A stretch of 64,000 bases of DNA from Candidatus Latescibacterota bacterium (GTDB lineage: Bacteria; Latescibacterota; UBA2968; UBA8231), in assembly GCA_965203355.1 (NCBI GenBank), contig OZ241889.1, positions 2,336,001-2,400,000 on the forward strand, read 5' to 3'. The number at the start of each line of letters is the position of its first letter. Within the stretch, counting starts at the first letter, position 1. The position numbers and the translations under genes were made by a program. Under the pieces are notes generated by a model that was given only the letters and a program-made list of their open reading frames with translations, searched no databases and was not told the DNA's origin. Below are positions 8,949-18,729 of this stretch, one piece after another.

Positions 8949-11804
8949 ATGGATAGAAATACATTGGAAATGGCCTTGCAACAGGCCATTCAAGGCGAAG
9001 TGCGCTTTGACGCGGTTTCGCGGATGCTCTACCGCACTGACGCCAGCATCTACGAGATGGAGCCTTTGGGGCTGGTCTTGCCCAAAGACGAGGCCGATGT
9101 GGTCGCCGCCGCAAAAATCGCCGCTGATCAGGGGGCGGCGGTCTTGCCGCGAGGCGGCGGTACGAGTTTGGCGGGTCAGTCAGTGGGGGCGGCGGTCCAT
9201 CTCGATTTTTCCAAATACATGAACCGGATCTTGGAATTCAACCCGGACGAGTGCTGGATCCGGGTCCAGCCGGGCTTAGTGCTGGATGAACTCAATGCCT
9301 ACTTGCAGCCCTACGGCCTGATCTTCGCCCCCGATGTTTCCACGAGTAGTAGGGCTAATATCGGGGGCATGATCGGCAACAATTCCTGCGGCGCGCACTC
9401 CATGATATACGGCAAGACCATCGACCACGTTCTGGAACTAAAGGTGGTGCTGGCCGACGGCTCGCAAGCGGTATTCGGGCCGCTAGACGACCAAGAGTGC
9501 CAACGCCGCGCGAGCTTGGACCGCCTCGAAGGGCGCATTTACCGCGAAATTCGCCGCATCGTCCGTGCATACGAAGCGCAGATCCGCGTCGGCTTCCCCC
9601 AAGTGATGCGCCGCGTTTCGGGCTACAATCTCGACGAACTTATCGACGGGGCTCCCTTTGACCTGAGCAAGTTGGTCGTCGGCTCGGAGGGTACGCTCTG
9701 TGCGGTGGTCGAAGCGCGGTTGAATTTGGTCGAGCTACCCGCACATAAGAGCTTGGTGGCCGTCCACTTCCACGACTTGGTCGAGGCGATGGAGGCCAAT
9801 CTGGCCGCGTTAGAGACCTCGCCCGTCGCCAGCGAACTGATCGACAAGATTCTGCTCGACCAGACTAGCGGATCGGTCGAGTACGCTCCGAGCCGACGTT
9901 TTCTCACAGGCGATCCAGCCGCCCTGCTCATAGTCGAGTACTACGCGGACTCCGAGGACGAACTGGGCCGCAAGATGGACGAATTGGAAGGGCGATTGCG
10001 GGAGCGCGGGATGGGTTACGCATTTACGCGGGCCGTGACCGCTGGGGATCAGAAGGCCATCTGGGATCTGCGCAAGGCCGGGTTGGGGCTTTTGATGGGC
10101 ATGAAGGGCGATCCCAAGCCCCAGCCGGGCGTGGAGGATACCAGCGTCCCGGTCGCCAAGTTGCCCGACTACATTCGCCGGGTGGTCGCGCTGATGGAGG
10201 AATTGGGGATTGAGGCCGAATACTACGGGCACGCGAGCGTCGGCTTGTTGCACATCCGGCCCATTTTCAGCCTCAAAGACCCCGAGGGCATAAAGCTCCT
10301 GCGCCAGATAGAAGAGCGGATGAGCGATATGGTGCTCGAATACGGCGGAGCCATGTCGGGCGAGCACGGCGATGGCTTGGCCCGCAGCGAGTGGATTGCC
10401 AAGATGTTTAGCCCGGAGTTGGTCGCGGCTTTTGTCGAGGTTAAGGACGCCTTTGATCCACAGGGGATTATGAACCCCGGCAAGATCACCCGTCCCGCTC
10501 GGATGGACGAGAACCTGCGCTACCACGAGGATTATCAGACGCCCAAGGTGGAGACGTTTTTCAGCTTTAGCGCGGCCGGCGGCTTTCAAGAGGCCGTTGA
10601 AATGTGCTCCGGGGTGGGGCACTGCCGCAAAAAGCTGGTAGGCGCGATGTGTCCTTCGTACATGGCGACCTTGGACGAGGAACACACCACGCGCGGCCGG
10701 GCCAATGCCTTGCGTGCCGCACTCGCCGGTACGCTACCCGGTGGACTTCACAGCCATGAAGTCCACCGGGTGATGGACCTCTGCTTGGAGTGCAAAGCCT
10801 GCAAGGCCGAGTGCCCGTCGAGCGTGGATATGGCCAAGCTCAAGTACGAATTTCTCGCCCACTATCATCGCCATCACGGCTATTCGCTGCGCGCGCGGCT
10901 CTTTGCCGACATCGCCCGCATCAGCCGCTTGGGGTCGGCGTTGGCACCGCTGTCGAATTGGCTTGGTCGCAGCGGATTTAACCGCTGGCTGTTGGATGCG
11001 TTTTTAGGGATTGATCGGCGGCGGCGACTGCCGGCGTTTGCCCGCCAGCCGTTTTCGCGCTGGTTCGCTGGCCGCCGGCCGGTGCGCGGCGACAAGGGCC
11101 GCGTGGTGTTGTTCAACGACACCTTCGTCGAGTACAGCGAGCCGGCCATCGGCATGGCGGCGACGATCATCTTGGAACGCGCTGGGTACGAGGTCGTCTT
11201 GGTCGCCGACAAGGTCTGTTGCGGCCGACCGTTCATATCGAAGGGCTTTCTCGATCGCGCCCGCGCATTGGCGCAGCGCAATGTGGAGGTGCTCGCGCCG
11301 TGGGCCGAGCAAGGCGTGCCGATCATTGGGCTGGAGCCGAGTTGCACGTCGGCCCTCAGCGACGATTACCTAGACTTAGTCGACAGTCCACAAAGCCGGC
11401 GCGTGGCCGAGCAGGTCGTCCTGCTTGAGGACTTTCTCGTCCGCGAGGCTCCGCTCGATTTGGAGTTTGCCCAGACAGCCCGCCACATTTTGGTGCATGG
11501 CCACTGCCATCAAAAGGCCCTGACGGGCACGGCTTCAACCGTGGCCGTGCTCAACATGCCGCCCCGCTTTAGCGCCGAGGAAATCCCGTCGGGCTGCTGC
11601 GGCATGGCTGGCAGTTTCGGCTACGAGAAGGAACACTTTGAAATATCGCGCGCCGTGGGACAGGAACGGCTCTTTGCCGTGTTAGAGGCGGTGGCAGAGG
11701 ATGTGGAGATTGCCGCCGTGGGCACTTCGTGTCGCCACCAGATTGCCGATTTTACCGGGCGGCGGGCGCGGCATTGGGCCGAAATTTTCGTCGAAGCACT
11801 TTAA
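8949..11804 (+). CDS. FAD-linked oxidase fused to 4Fe-4S and CCG domains (GlcD-GlcF/YdiJ-like 2-hydroxyacid dehydrogenase)
   Basis: PRGGGTSLAGQ, GSEGTL, GEHGDG, CLECKACKAECP, CCG motifs, HGHCHQ. Confidence 0.92.
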   Translation: MDRNTLEMALQQAIQGEVRFDAVSRMLYRTDASIYEMEPLGLVLPKDEADVVAAAKIAADQGAAVLPRGGGTSLAGQSVGAAVHLDFSKYMNRILEFNPDECWIRVQPGLVLDELNAYLQPYGLIFAPDVSTSSRANIGGMIGNNSCGAHSMIYGKTIDHVLELKVVLADGSQAVFGPLDDQECQRRASLDRLEGRIYREIRRIVRAYEAQIRVGFPQVMRRVSGYNLDELIDGAPFDLSKLVVGSEGTLCAVVEARLNLVELPAHKSLVAVHFHDLVEAMEANLAALETSPVASELIDKILLDQTSGSVEYAPSRRFLTGDPAALLIVEYYADSEDELGRKMDELEGRLRERGMGYAFTRAVTAGDQKAIWDLRKAGLGLLMGMKGDPKPQPGVEDTSVPVAKLPDYIRRVVALMEELGIEAEYYGHASVGLLHIRPIFSLKDPEGIKLLRQIEERMSDMVLEYGGAMSGEHGDGLARSEWIAKMFSPELVAAFVEVKDAFDPQGIMNPGKITRPARMDENLRYHEDYQTPKVETFFSFSAAGGFQEAVEMCSGVGHCRKKLVGAMCPSYMATLDEEHTTRGRANALRAALAGTLPGGLHSHEVHRVMDLCLECKACKAECPSSVDMAKLKYEFLAHYHRHHGYSLRARLFADIARISRLGSALAPLSNWLGRSGFNRWLLDAFLGIDRRRRLPAFARQPFSRWFAGRRPVRGDKGRVVLFNDTFVEYSEPAIGMAATIILERAGYEVVLVADKVCCGRPFISKGFLDRARALAQRNVEVLAPWAEQGVPIIGLEPSCTSALSDDYLDLVDSPQSRRVAEQVVLLEDFLVREAPLDLEFAQTARHILVHGHCHQKALTGTASTVAVLNMPPRFSAEEIPSGCCGMAGSFGYEKEHFEISRAVGQERLFAVLEAVAEDVEIAAVGTSCRHQIADFTGRRARHWAEIFVEAL

Positions 11805-11824
11805 TCTAAGCGAAAGGGGTACTT

Positions 11825-12349
11825 ATGGCATTTAACGTCAAGCAACGCGGCCGATTGACCTATTACTACGGCGGGGATCACCCCACATTATCGGCCTTAG
11901 TGACTGAGGCGCTGGACAACGGCGACTTGAAAATTTACTTCGCCGGCTTGACCGGCGGGCATTCGGCGCAGGGGCTCCTCGGCCGCGACGAGTTGGTGAG
12001 GATGACGCCTGCTGTCGAGGTCGAGTTGGTTTTCCGCTGTTGGGAAAAGTGGCTGCAAGAAGCCGAGATTTGCGACTCGATTGCCCAGATAGATTTTATC
12101 GAAGTCCACGCCTTTGGCGCCCAGCCCAAAGACGTCAACCCACTGACCGATCCGCAGCGCTTTCACGAGGAACAACAGCGCATTTACCAAGAGTACGCCC
12201 AAGCCTATAGCCGCTTTTTCCGCGACTGTATGCCCGATACCGGGGTGCCGGCCCGCTTTACGGTACACGTAGTTGATTTCCCGGACAAAGCGGCTTCTTA
12301 TGAATTCTACAGCGTGGGCCTATATCAGCCCGCTCTGCACGGGGCTTGA
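11825..12349 (+). CDS. Divergent RidA/YjgF/UK114-like protein
   Basis: IYFAGLTG, YAQAYSRFF, PARFTVHVVDFP and YEF appear in Rid-family motif order (manual comparison). Confidence 0.6.
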   Translation: MAFNVKQRGRLTYYYGGDHPTLSALVTEALDNGDLKIYFAGLTGGHSAQGLLGRDELVRMTPAVEVELVFRCWEKWLQEAEICDSIAQIDFIEVHAFGAQPKDVNPLTDPQRFHEEQQRIYQEYAQAYSRFFRDCMPDTGVPARFTVHVVDFPDKAASYEFYSVGLYQPALHGA

Positions 12350-12352
12350 GCC

Positions 12353-12556
12353 ATGCCGATTTTTGAATACGCCTGCAAGGAGTGCGGCGCGCTCATACAA
12401 GGAGCGGCGACTGCCGCTTGCCCGTCTTGTGAGAGCCTGGCGTTGAAGAAGAAACTGTCGAGTTTTGCCGTGGCTGGTCGCGTTGTCAGCGTGCGCGAGC
12501 CAGTAGGGCCGACCTGCGGCGACCCGCGCGGTGCTGGTGCCTGCGCCCTCGACTAA
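12353..12556 (+). CDS. FmdB-family zinc ribbon protein
   Basis: MPIFEYACKECG...CPSC...KKLSSF. Confidence 0.85.
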   Translation: MPIFEYACKECGALIQGAATAACPSCESLALKKKLSSFAVAGRVVSVREPVGPTCGDPRGAGACALD

Positions 12557-12570
12557 CGGCGGAGGGACCT

Positions 12571-13833
12571 ATGGCTGCGACGCAAATCGAGCTGCCCTTT
12601 GGCGATTCCCACTTGCAGGTTGACGTGTCTAGCGAGTGCCTGCTAGGCGTCGTCCTGCCGAGAGCAGAACAAGGTGGCGACGGCGCGGAGCAGACGCTGG
12701 TGCGGGATGCGCTGGCCCGGCCCGTGGGGACGCCAGCATTGCGCAACTTGGTGCGGCCCGGCCAGCAGGTCGCCATTGTCGTCAGCGACATGACCCGGCC
12801 CTGCCCGACGGAGCGCCTGTTGCCGCCGGTGCTGGATGAACTCGCGGCCGCCGGGGTGCCGGATGCCGACGTGACGGTGGTCGTGGCGTTGGGGCTACAT
12901 CGAGCGCAGACGACAGTCGAGTTGGCCGCTTTGGTGGGGCCGGCGGTTTGCGATCGGGTGCGGGTGGTGAACCACGACCCCCAAGATGTGGTGCGGTTGG
13001 GCGTCACTTCTCGCGGTACCCCCGTAGAATTTTTTCGGCCCATAGTGGAGGCCGATGTGCGGATCTGTTTGGGCAACTTGGAGTTCCACTACTTCGCCGG
13101 CTTTTCGGGTGGGGCCAAGGCTATCTTGCCCGGCTGCGCCTCTCCCAGCACCATAGCGGCCAATCACGGCCTGATGGCCCGACCCGGCGCGGCGACTGGG
13201 CGGCTTGCGGGCAATCCGGTGCGGGAAGACGTAGAAGAAGGGGCGGCCATGCTGGGGATTGACTTCATCCTCAATGTGATCGTCGATGATCGCCACTGCA
13301 TCGTTGCCGCTTTTGCCGGGCACGTGCGAGAGGCCCACCGCAAAGGGTGCGAGCGGGTGGCTGAGCGCGGAGCCGTGCCCATTGCACAATGCGCTGATAT
13401 CGTTCTCGTCAGCGCGGGGGGCTATCCGCTGGACGTCAATATGTACCAGGCGCAAAAAGCCCTCGACAACGCCGTACATGCCGTGCGCGAAGGGGGGGTC
13501 ATCGTTTGGGTGGCTGAATGCCGAGAGGGGCTGGGCAGCGCGACCTTTGCCTCTTGGTTGCAGGCGGCGGATTCGGCCGATGGAGTTCTCGCACGCCTAG
13601 AGCGGGAATTCGTCTTGGGCGGGCACAAGGCGGCCGCCATTGCCGCGGTGCTGAAAAAGGCCCGCGTACATTTGGTTTCGTCGCTGCCGGCCGAGGCCAT
13701 CGGCCGCGTCGGGTTAGTCCCTTTCGACGACCTGGGCCAAGCCTTGGCCGCCGCGTACGAGGCGGTCGGCTCCGAGGCTCGGATCTGGGTGCTGCCCTAT
13801 GGAGATTCGGTATTGCCGCAGGCCGCGGCCTAG
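12571..13833 (+). CDS. larA: Nickel-pincer-dependent lactate racemase family (LarA homolog)
   Basis: SDMTRP, GLHR, FHYFAGFSGGAK, NHG, YQAQKA. Confidence 0.9.
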   Translation: MAATQIELPFGDSHLQVDVSSECLLGVVLPRAEQGGDGAEQTLVRDALARPVGTPALRNLVRPGQQVAIVVSDMTRPCPTERLLPPVLDELAAAGVPDADVTVVVALGLHRAQTTVELAALVGPAVCDRVRVVNHDPQDVVRLGVTSRGTPVEFFRPIVEADVRICLGNLEFHYFAGFSGGAKAILPGCASPSTIAANHGLMARPGAATGRLAGNPVREDVEEGAAMLGIDFILNVIVDDRHCIVAAFAGHVREAHRKGCERVAERGAVPIAQCADIVLVSAGGYPLDVNMYQAQKALDNAVHAVREGGVIVWVAECREGLGSATFASWLQAADSADGVLARLEREFVLGGHKAAAIAAVLKKARVHLVSSLPAEAIGRVGLVPFDDLGQALAAAYEAVGSEARIWVLPYGDSVLPQAAA

Positions 13834-14732
13834 GGTTTTTCGCTGGCAAACAAATCGAGTTGCTCCAGATCTTCGTCGTCAAATCCCCCCAACCCAATGC
13901 CCAGCAGGCGCACGCCCAAGTCGCCGCTCTCTGTCTGCTCTAACAGTTCACGGGCGGCCGCGAATACGTCTTGGGCGCGATCGGTAAAGACCACCAAGCG
14001 CGATGGGTGCGTCGCCACGCGAGAATCCGGGTAGCGCACCGTTAGGGTTACGTTGCGTGCTTGTAGCCCTCGGCGCTGCAAGCGTCCGCAGAGCGCGGCG
14101 GCCAGCGCGCGCAAGGCATCGCACATTTCTTCACGAGTATAGATCGGGGCGGCAAAGGCGGTATCCTCGCGGATTTGGTCGAGTTGTTCGGCTGGGGCGA
14201 CTGGGTCGTCGTCCCAACCTTGGGCGAGGTGCCACAAACTGCTGCCCCGCTGGCCAAAGCGGCGCACGAGTTCGTTCAGCGGCACTTGGGCCAGTGTAGC
14301 GACGCGTTCTATTTGCATGGCCGCGAGTTGCTGGCGCGTAACGGCTCCCACGCCGGGAAGCTGGTCAATGGGCACATCGGCGAGAAAATCCCCGGTCTGT
14401 TCGGGCCGCACGACTGTTAGGCCATTGGGCCGCTGGTGCTCCATAGCTAGCCGCGCCAAGAACTTGCTGGGGGCCAACCCCACGGAAACGCTCCAGCCTA
14501 GCTGTTGCTTGATATCGCTCTTGATCATCTTGGCGACGCGCATTCCAAAAGGGATGTCGAGCTTATTGTCGGTGACGTCGAGAATGGCATAGCCATCGCC
14601 CCATTCGATCCAATCGGTGTATTCGCGCAGGAGTGCGGCCAACTCGGTGCAAGCTCGGGTGTTGTGGCGCGGGCCGCTATCAATCCCAAGGTGGACTATC
14701 TTGCGACGTCTGCTGGTTCTAACGGGACTCAT
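13830..14732 (-). CDS. DinB/Y-family polymerase derivative, fingers deleted and catalytic residues lost
   Basis: RKIVH, LDVT, SVGLAPSKFLAR, RPNG, LPGVG (HhH), little finger VRLLGIGL, terminal QLDLF. Confidence 0.85.
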   Translation of the reverse strand: MSPVRTSRRRKIVHLGIDSGPRHNTRACTELAALLREYTDWIEWGDGYAILDVTDNKLDIPFGMRVAKMIKSDIKQQLGWSVSVGLAPSKFLARLAMEHQRPNGLTVVRPEQTGDFLADVPIDQLPGVGAVTRQQLAAMQIERVATLAQVPLNELVRRFGQRGSSLWHLAQGWDDDPVAPAEQLDQIREDTAFAAPIYTREEMCDALRALAAALCGRLQRRGLQARNVTLTVRYPDSRVATHPSRLVVFTDRAQDVFAAARELLEQTESGDLGVRLLGIGLGGFDDEDLEQLDLFASEKP

Positions 14733-15684
14733 ACGACAAAAAAGGCAGGGGGACTACAGTGGCCGGTGCTCCATCCGCGTCTAGCACAGTGCCCGCGGCG
14801 CAAGCGCTTCGCCGCACATAGGCGAGGGCAATCGGGCCGAGGCTGGGAGAGTGGACTGCCGAAGTGATGCGCCCTACTTCGCGCGTTCCATCGCGCAGTA
14901 GTTGCCCGGTTGGCGGCAACGCAGCGGCGGAAAGCCGCAGACCGGCTAGGTGCTGTTTGACTTTGTCGTAGGTATCTAAGCGGGCGATGACTTCTTGGCC
15001 AATATAGCAGCCTTTATCTAGATGAATAGCGCGACCAAGCCCTGCTTCCCAGGGGTTGTAATTTTGGCTCAGCTCTCGCCCGAGTAGGGGAGAGCCCTGT
15101 TCGACGCGCAAAATTTCCCACGTCGCCGCTCCTATTGGACGAGCTCCGGCGGTGGCGAGACGCTGCCAAAGGGCCTTCACAGTGGCCGGCGGGCCGAAGG
15201 CGCGCAGCCCCGGTCCGGGCGTGCGGGCCAGCCACAGACCGTCGGCGACCTGTGGGTCGAGTAACTGGTGATCCTGAAGTTGCGCCAGATCGGCTTCCAG
15301 TGTGCGGGCGACTAGCTCGGCGGTGTGCGGGCCGACGAGTTCAAACATGGCGGTCTCGTCTGTGCGGTCTGCCAATTCGAGGGCCTCGGCAAAGATAAAG
15401 CGGTCCAACCAAGTGGGGATTGTGGTGCGCGAATCTGGACTCAAGATCAAGGCGGTGGCGTCCGGGCCGCGATAGCAGGTGGCGAGATCGAGAATCCGGG
15501 CGCGCTGTTCGATAAAGACGGCTTCGAGACCACGCCCTATTTGCAGGTTGTGGAAGTCGTTGGAGGTCATGCGGTGCAGGAAGTCGAGATGGTCAACTCC
15601 GCACATGTACAAGCGAAACGAGGTCTGCCCGTCGCGTAGGGCCGCGCCAGTGCGGGCGGCTTGGTATTCGTCGTAGTGGGCCAT
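14719..15684 (-). CDS. ygfZ: Folate-binding Fe-S repair protein YgfZ (GcvT-like)
   Basis: Signature KGCYIGQE; DFLHRMTSND. Confidence 0.9.
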   Translation of the reverse strand: MAHYDEYQAARTGAALRDGQTSFRLYMCGVDHLDFLHRMTSNDFHNLQIGRGLEAVFIEQRARILDLATCYRGPDATALILSPDSRTTIPTWLDRFIFAEALELADRTDETAMFELVGPHTAELVARTLEADLAQLQDHQLLDPQVADGLWLARTPGPGLRAFGPPATVKALWQRLATAGARPIGAATWEILRVEQGSPLLGRELSQNYNPWEAGLGRAIHLDKGCYIGQEVIARLDTYDKVKQHLAGLRLSAAALPPTGQLLRDGTREVGRITSAVHSPSLGPIALAYVRRSACAAGTVLDADGAPATVVPLPFLSYESR

Positions 15685-15696
15685 AATGGCAGGAGG

Positions 15697-18600
15697 CTAG
15701 GCGTGCTGCGTCACGGAGAACCGCGAGCCTAGATCGGGATGTTTAGTGACCTCAATTTGCACTGGAAAGGCCGCCTTGAGTTGGTCGAGATGCGTGACGA
15801 TCAACACCTTTTTGAAATCATCGCTGATTTTTTGGATGGCTTCGATGAGTTGCTCTAATCCCTGTTCGTCTTGCGTCCCGAAACCCTCGTCGATAAAGAG
15901 GGTGTGGAGGCGGGTGCCCGAGCGCATGGCCAGCACCTTGGAGAGCGCGATGCGCAAGGCAAAATTGGTGCGGAATGCCTCGCCCCCGGAATAAAGGTGA
16001 TAGGAGCGCTCGCCAACCTCATCGGCGATCTTGACATCGAGGGTTTCGCGGGTGCCGCCTTTTTTGAGATCGCGCAGCGATTCAAAGGCGACTTGGATGC
16101 GGTTGTCGGTCAGGCGCGCGAGAATGGCGTTGGCTTCTTCGGCAATCTGCGGCACGGCGTTTTCGATAATCAGCGCTTGGATCCCATCCTTGCCGAATGC
16201 CTTGTCGAGTTGTTGGTAAATCCAGGTCTGGCGCTGGGTGCCTTGGAGCTTTTCGCGTAGTTGGCCCTGCTCCTGCGCCAACTCGGCGCAGCGTGCGCAC
16301 AGGGCCTCTAGGTTACCCCGGTGCTGGAGGTGTTGGTCTCGCTCGGCTCGTAGCTTTTCCAGTTGGGCTTGGTTTTCGCCGAGTTTCCTATCGACGCCTT
16401 CTAACTCACGGGTCCGCTCGTGCAACGCTTCCTTTTCTTCTTTTACCGTCTGCAATTGCTTCGCTAGGGTGGAGGCTTCGGTTTCGTAGCGCGTCCGCGA
16501 GTCGCGGGACGATTCGCGGCGTTGGCGAGCGTGTTGCAGGCGCTCGAACTGCCGCGCACTGTCGCGCAGATCGTCGTGTTGCAGACGCAACCGCTGGTGC
16601 TCGGCCCCATCGTAGCCTAGGGCTACAAGCTGCTGCTCAACTTGGCCGAGTTGCTCCCGTTCCGCTTGGGCATAGCGGGACTCGGCGAGCTGTTGGGCGG
16701 CTCGGTCGAGTTGGGTCTGAGCTTCGGCCCGCTCGCTGTTGAGCCGGTCGGCTTGGCTTTTGGCATCCTGCAAGCGGGCGTACTCAGCTTCAACCGGACG
16801 CAAATCCGCGAGCTTTTGGCCCAGTGCCTCGTGTTTGGTGCTGCTGTAGCCCGACTGCTCAATTTCGCTGGAGAGCTTGTACAGGCGTTCGCGTTCGCGG
16901 GGCGCGTATGATTGGTCGCTGAGTTCGCGGTCGAGGGCCGCTAGTTGCTCCTCTAGTGCTTGGGCCTCAGCCGTTGATTCCCGTATTTGCGCGAGACGAG
17001 CCGCTCCGGTGGCTAGGTCTTGGTGGACCTGCTGGAGAGGCGCGATTTCCTCGTCAAGGACCTTGTAGCGCGTGCGCATCTTTTGCACTTGATCGCCGAG
17101 CGCGGCGAGTTCGCGGTCGAGCGCGGCGATGCGCTCTTGGCGGCGCTCTTCCCGCTGCGCTAGTTCGACTGCGACCCGCTGGCGGTGTTCGGCGTCGAGG
17201 TCGCTACCGCACAGTGGGCAATTGGCGTCGGCAGAATCGACCAAGGCCAGTGCCTGTTGATGCTCGGTGGCCAATTCTTCTTCAGCGCGGCGTTGCTGCT
17301 CCCGCTCGCTGATCTGGACCTTGAGGTCGCGGCCCTCATCCGCGAGGCGATCCCGTTTCTCGGCTTTGGTCTGCAATTGAGTCCGCTGCGCGCGCAACTG
17401 GTGGATTTGGGCTTCTAAGGCTTTCTCCTCAGCTTTAGCTCGTTCTAGCTGGGCCAATTGCTTGGCGAGTACTTGGCGCTGATTCTTGCGCTGATTCTCT
17501 GCAAGCGCTAGGGCGTGTTCGAGGCGACGGTGCTCGCTGAGGAGATCCTCGTAGCGAATCCGCTCCTGCGCTAGGGCTTGGACCTCCTCGCTGATGGTTT
17601 TGAATTGGGCATAGCGAATGGCGATGGTCGGCTCTCGATTGAGCAAGGCTTGATGCTCGTCGAGTTGGCGCTGGCGCTCGCCAAGGGTCGCTGCCCAGCG
17701 CTCTTGCTGCCGCTCCACTTCTTGGTGCGCTTGGGCGATGCGCTCTGCTAGCTGGCGGCGGTGGGTTTCTAACGCGCCGTGTTGCTGGGCTTTTTGTTCG
17801 AGCTGGCCGACTTGGGTGTGGAGCTGATTGTAGGTTGCAAAGTTTTGCTCAATGGATTTAGCGGCTGCTAGGATTTCGCTGTCTTGAAGCTGCTGCTCTC
17901 GCAGGTTTTCGAGTTCGGCGGCGACCTGCTGTTCCCGGCCGGTGATGCGCTTTTGCTCTCGCGTTAGCTCGGCGATGCGCTGGCCTATTTGCACTAGCGC
18001 GAGGCGCTGGGCCTCCAACTCGGTTTGCCCTGTTTCTCGGCTGCTGATTTCGCGCCCGAGCAGAGCGAGGTGGTTATCGACAGCGTGTAGTTCGGATTCG
18101 TAGCCTGCGCGCTTGGCCAATTCGGCATCGAGCGCGCCGAGGCGGGTTTGCAAAGCCTCGCTCTGGCGCTGGTGTTCTTGATAGCGGACTCGAGCCATGC
18201 CTTGGAGATGGTCGTAGCGCTCCAAGCCGAGGATCCGCCCGAGGACTTCTTTGCGCTGTCTGGCGTTTTTTTGGGTGAATTCGTCGGCGCGTCCTTGGAC
18301 GATGAAGGCCGAGTTGACAAAGGTGTCGTAGTCCATGGCTAGGAGTTCGTTGATGCGCCGCTGGGTGGGATTGATGCCCTCGCCTTCGCTGAGAGTGCGG
18401 AAGGCACCGTCGCTTGCTACTTGCAGGTCTAAGGCCGGGACGCCCCGCTTGGTGCGACGCCAACTGCGGATGACGCGGAAGTGCTTTTCACCAAGGGCGA
18501 AGTCGAAGTCAACCCGCATTTCTCTGGCCCCGATCCGACACAATTCTTCGTCGCTGCGGCTTTTGCGCGCTTGGCCCCATAGGGCGTAGGTGATCCCGTC

Positions 18601-18729
18601 GAGCAAGGCAGATTTACCGTGCCCATTGCCGCCCGTGAGACAGGCGACGTGGAACTGGGAAAAGTCGAGTGGCGGCACTTCCTCGCCGTAGCTGAGAAAG
18701 TTGCGCAGTGAAAGGGAGAGGGGGATCAT
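15697..18729 (-). CDS. sbcC: SbcC/Rad50 SMC-like ATPase
   Basis: Walker A GGNGHGKS, coiled coils, Zn-hook CPLCG, signature SGGE, Walker B LFIDEGFG. Confidence 0.93.
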   Translation of the reverse strand: MIPLSLSLRNFLSYGEEVPPLDFSQFHVACLTGGNGHGKSALLDGITYALWGQARKSRSDEELCRIGAREMRVDFDFALGEKHFRVIRSWRRTKRGVPALDLQVASDGAFRTLSEGEGINPTQRRINELLAMDYDTFVNSAFIVQGRADEFTQKNARQRKEVLGRILGLERYDHLQGMARVRYQEHQRQSEALQTRLGALDAELAKRAGYESELHAVDNHLALLGREISSRETGQTELEAQRLALVQIGQRIAELTREQKRITGREQQVAAELENLREQQLQDSEILAAAKSIEQNFATYNQLHTQVGQLEQKAQQHGALETHRRQLAERIAQAHQEVERQQERWAATLGERQRQLDEHQALLNREPTIAIRYAQFKTISEEVQALAQERIRYEDLLSEHRRLEHALALAENQRKNQRQVLAKQLAQLERAKAEEKALEAQIHQLRAQRTQLQTKAEKRDRLADEGRDLKVQISEREQQRRAEEELATEHQQALALVDSADANCPLCGSDLDAEHRQRVAVELAQREERRQERIAALDRELAALGDQVQKMRTRYKVLDEEIAPLQQVHQDLATGAARLAQIRESTAEAQALEEQLAALDRELSDQSYAPRERERLYKLSSEIEQSGYSSTKHEALGQKLADLRPVEAEYARLQDAKSQADRLNSERAEAQTQLDRAAQQLAESRYAQAEREQLGQVEQQLVALGYDGAEHQRLRLQHDDLRDSARQFERLQHARQRRESSRDSRTRYETEASTLAKQLQTVKEEKEALHERTRELEGVDRKLGENQAQLEKLRAERDQHLQHRGNLEALCARCAELAQEQGQLREKLQGTQRQTWIYQQLDKAFGKDGIQALIIENAVPQIAEEANAILARLTDNRIQVAFESLRDLKKGGTRETLDVKIADEVGERSYHLYSGGEAFRTNFALRIALSKVLAMRSGTRLHTLFIDEGFGTQDEQGLEQLIEAIQKISDDFKKVLIVTHLDQLKAAFPVQIEVTKHPDLGSRFSVTQHA

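Noticed and set aside
13830-14732. Calling this a functional dinB, a standard imuB or a simple pseudogene
   Set aside because: The catalytic residues and fingers are absent, no imuA or dnaE2 is in the window, and the frame is intact with its terminal clamp motif.
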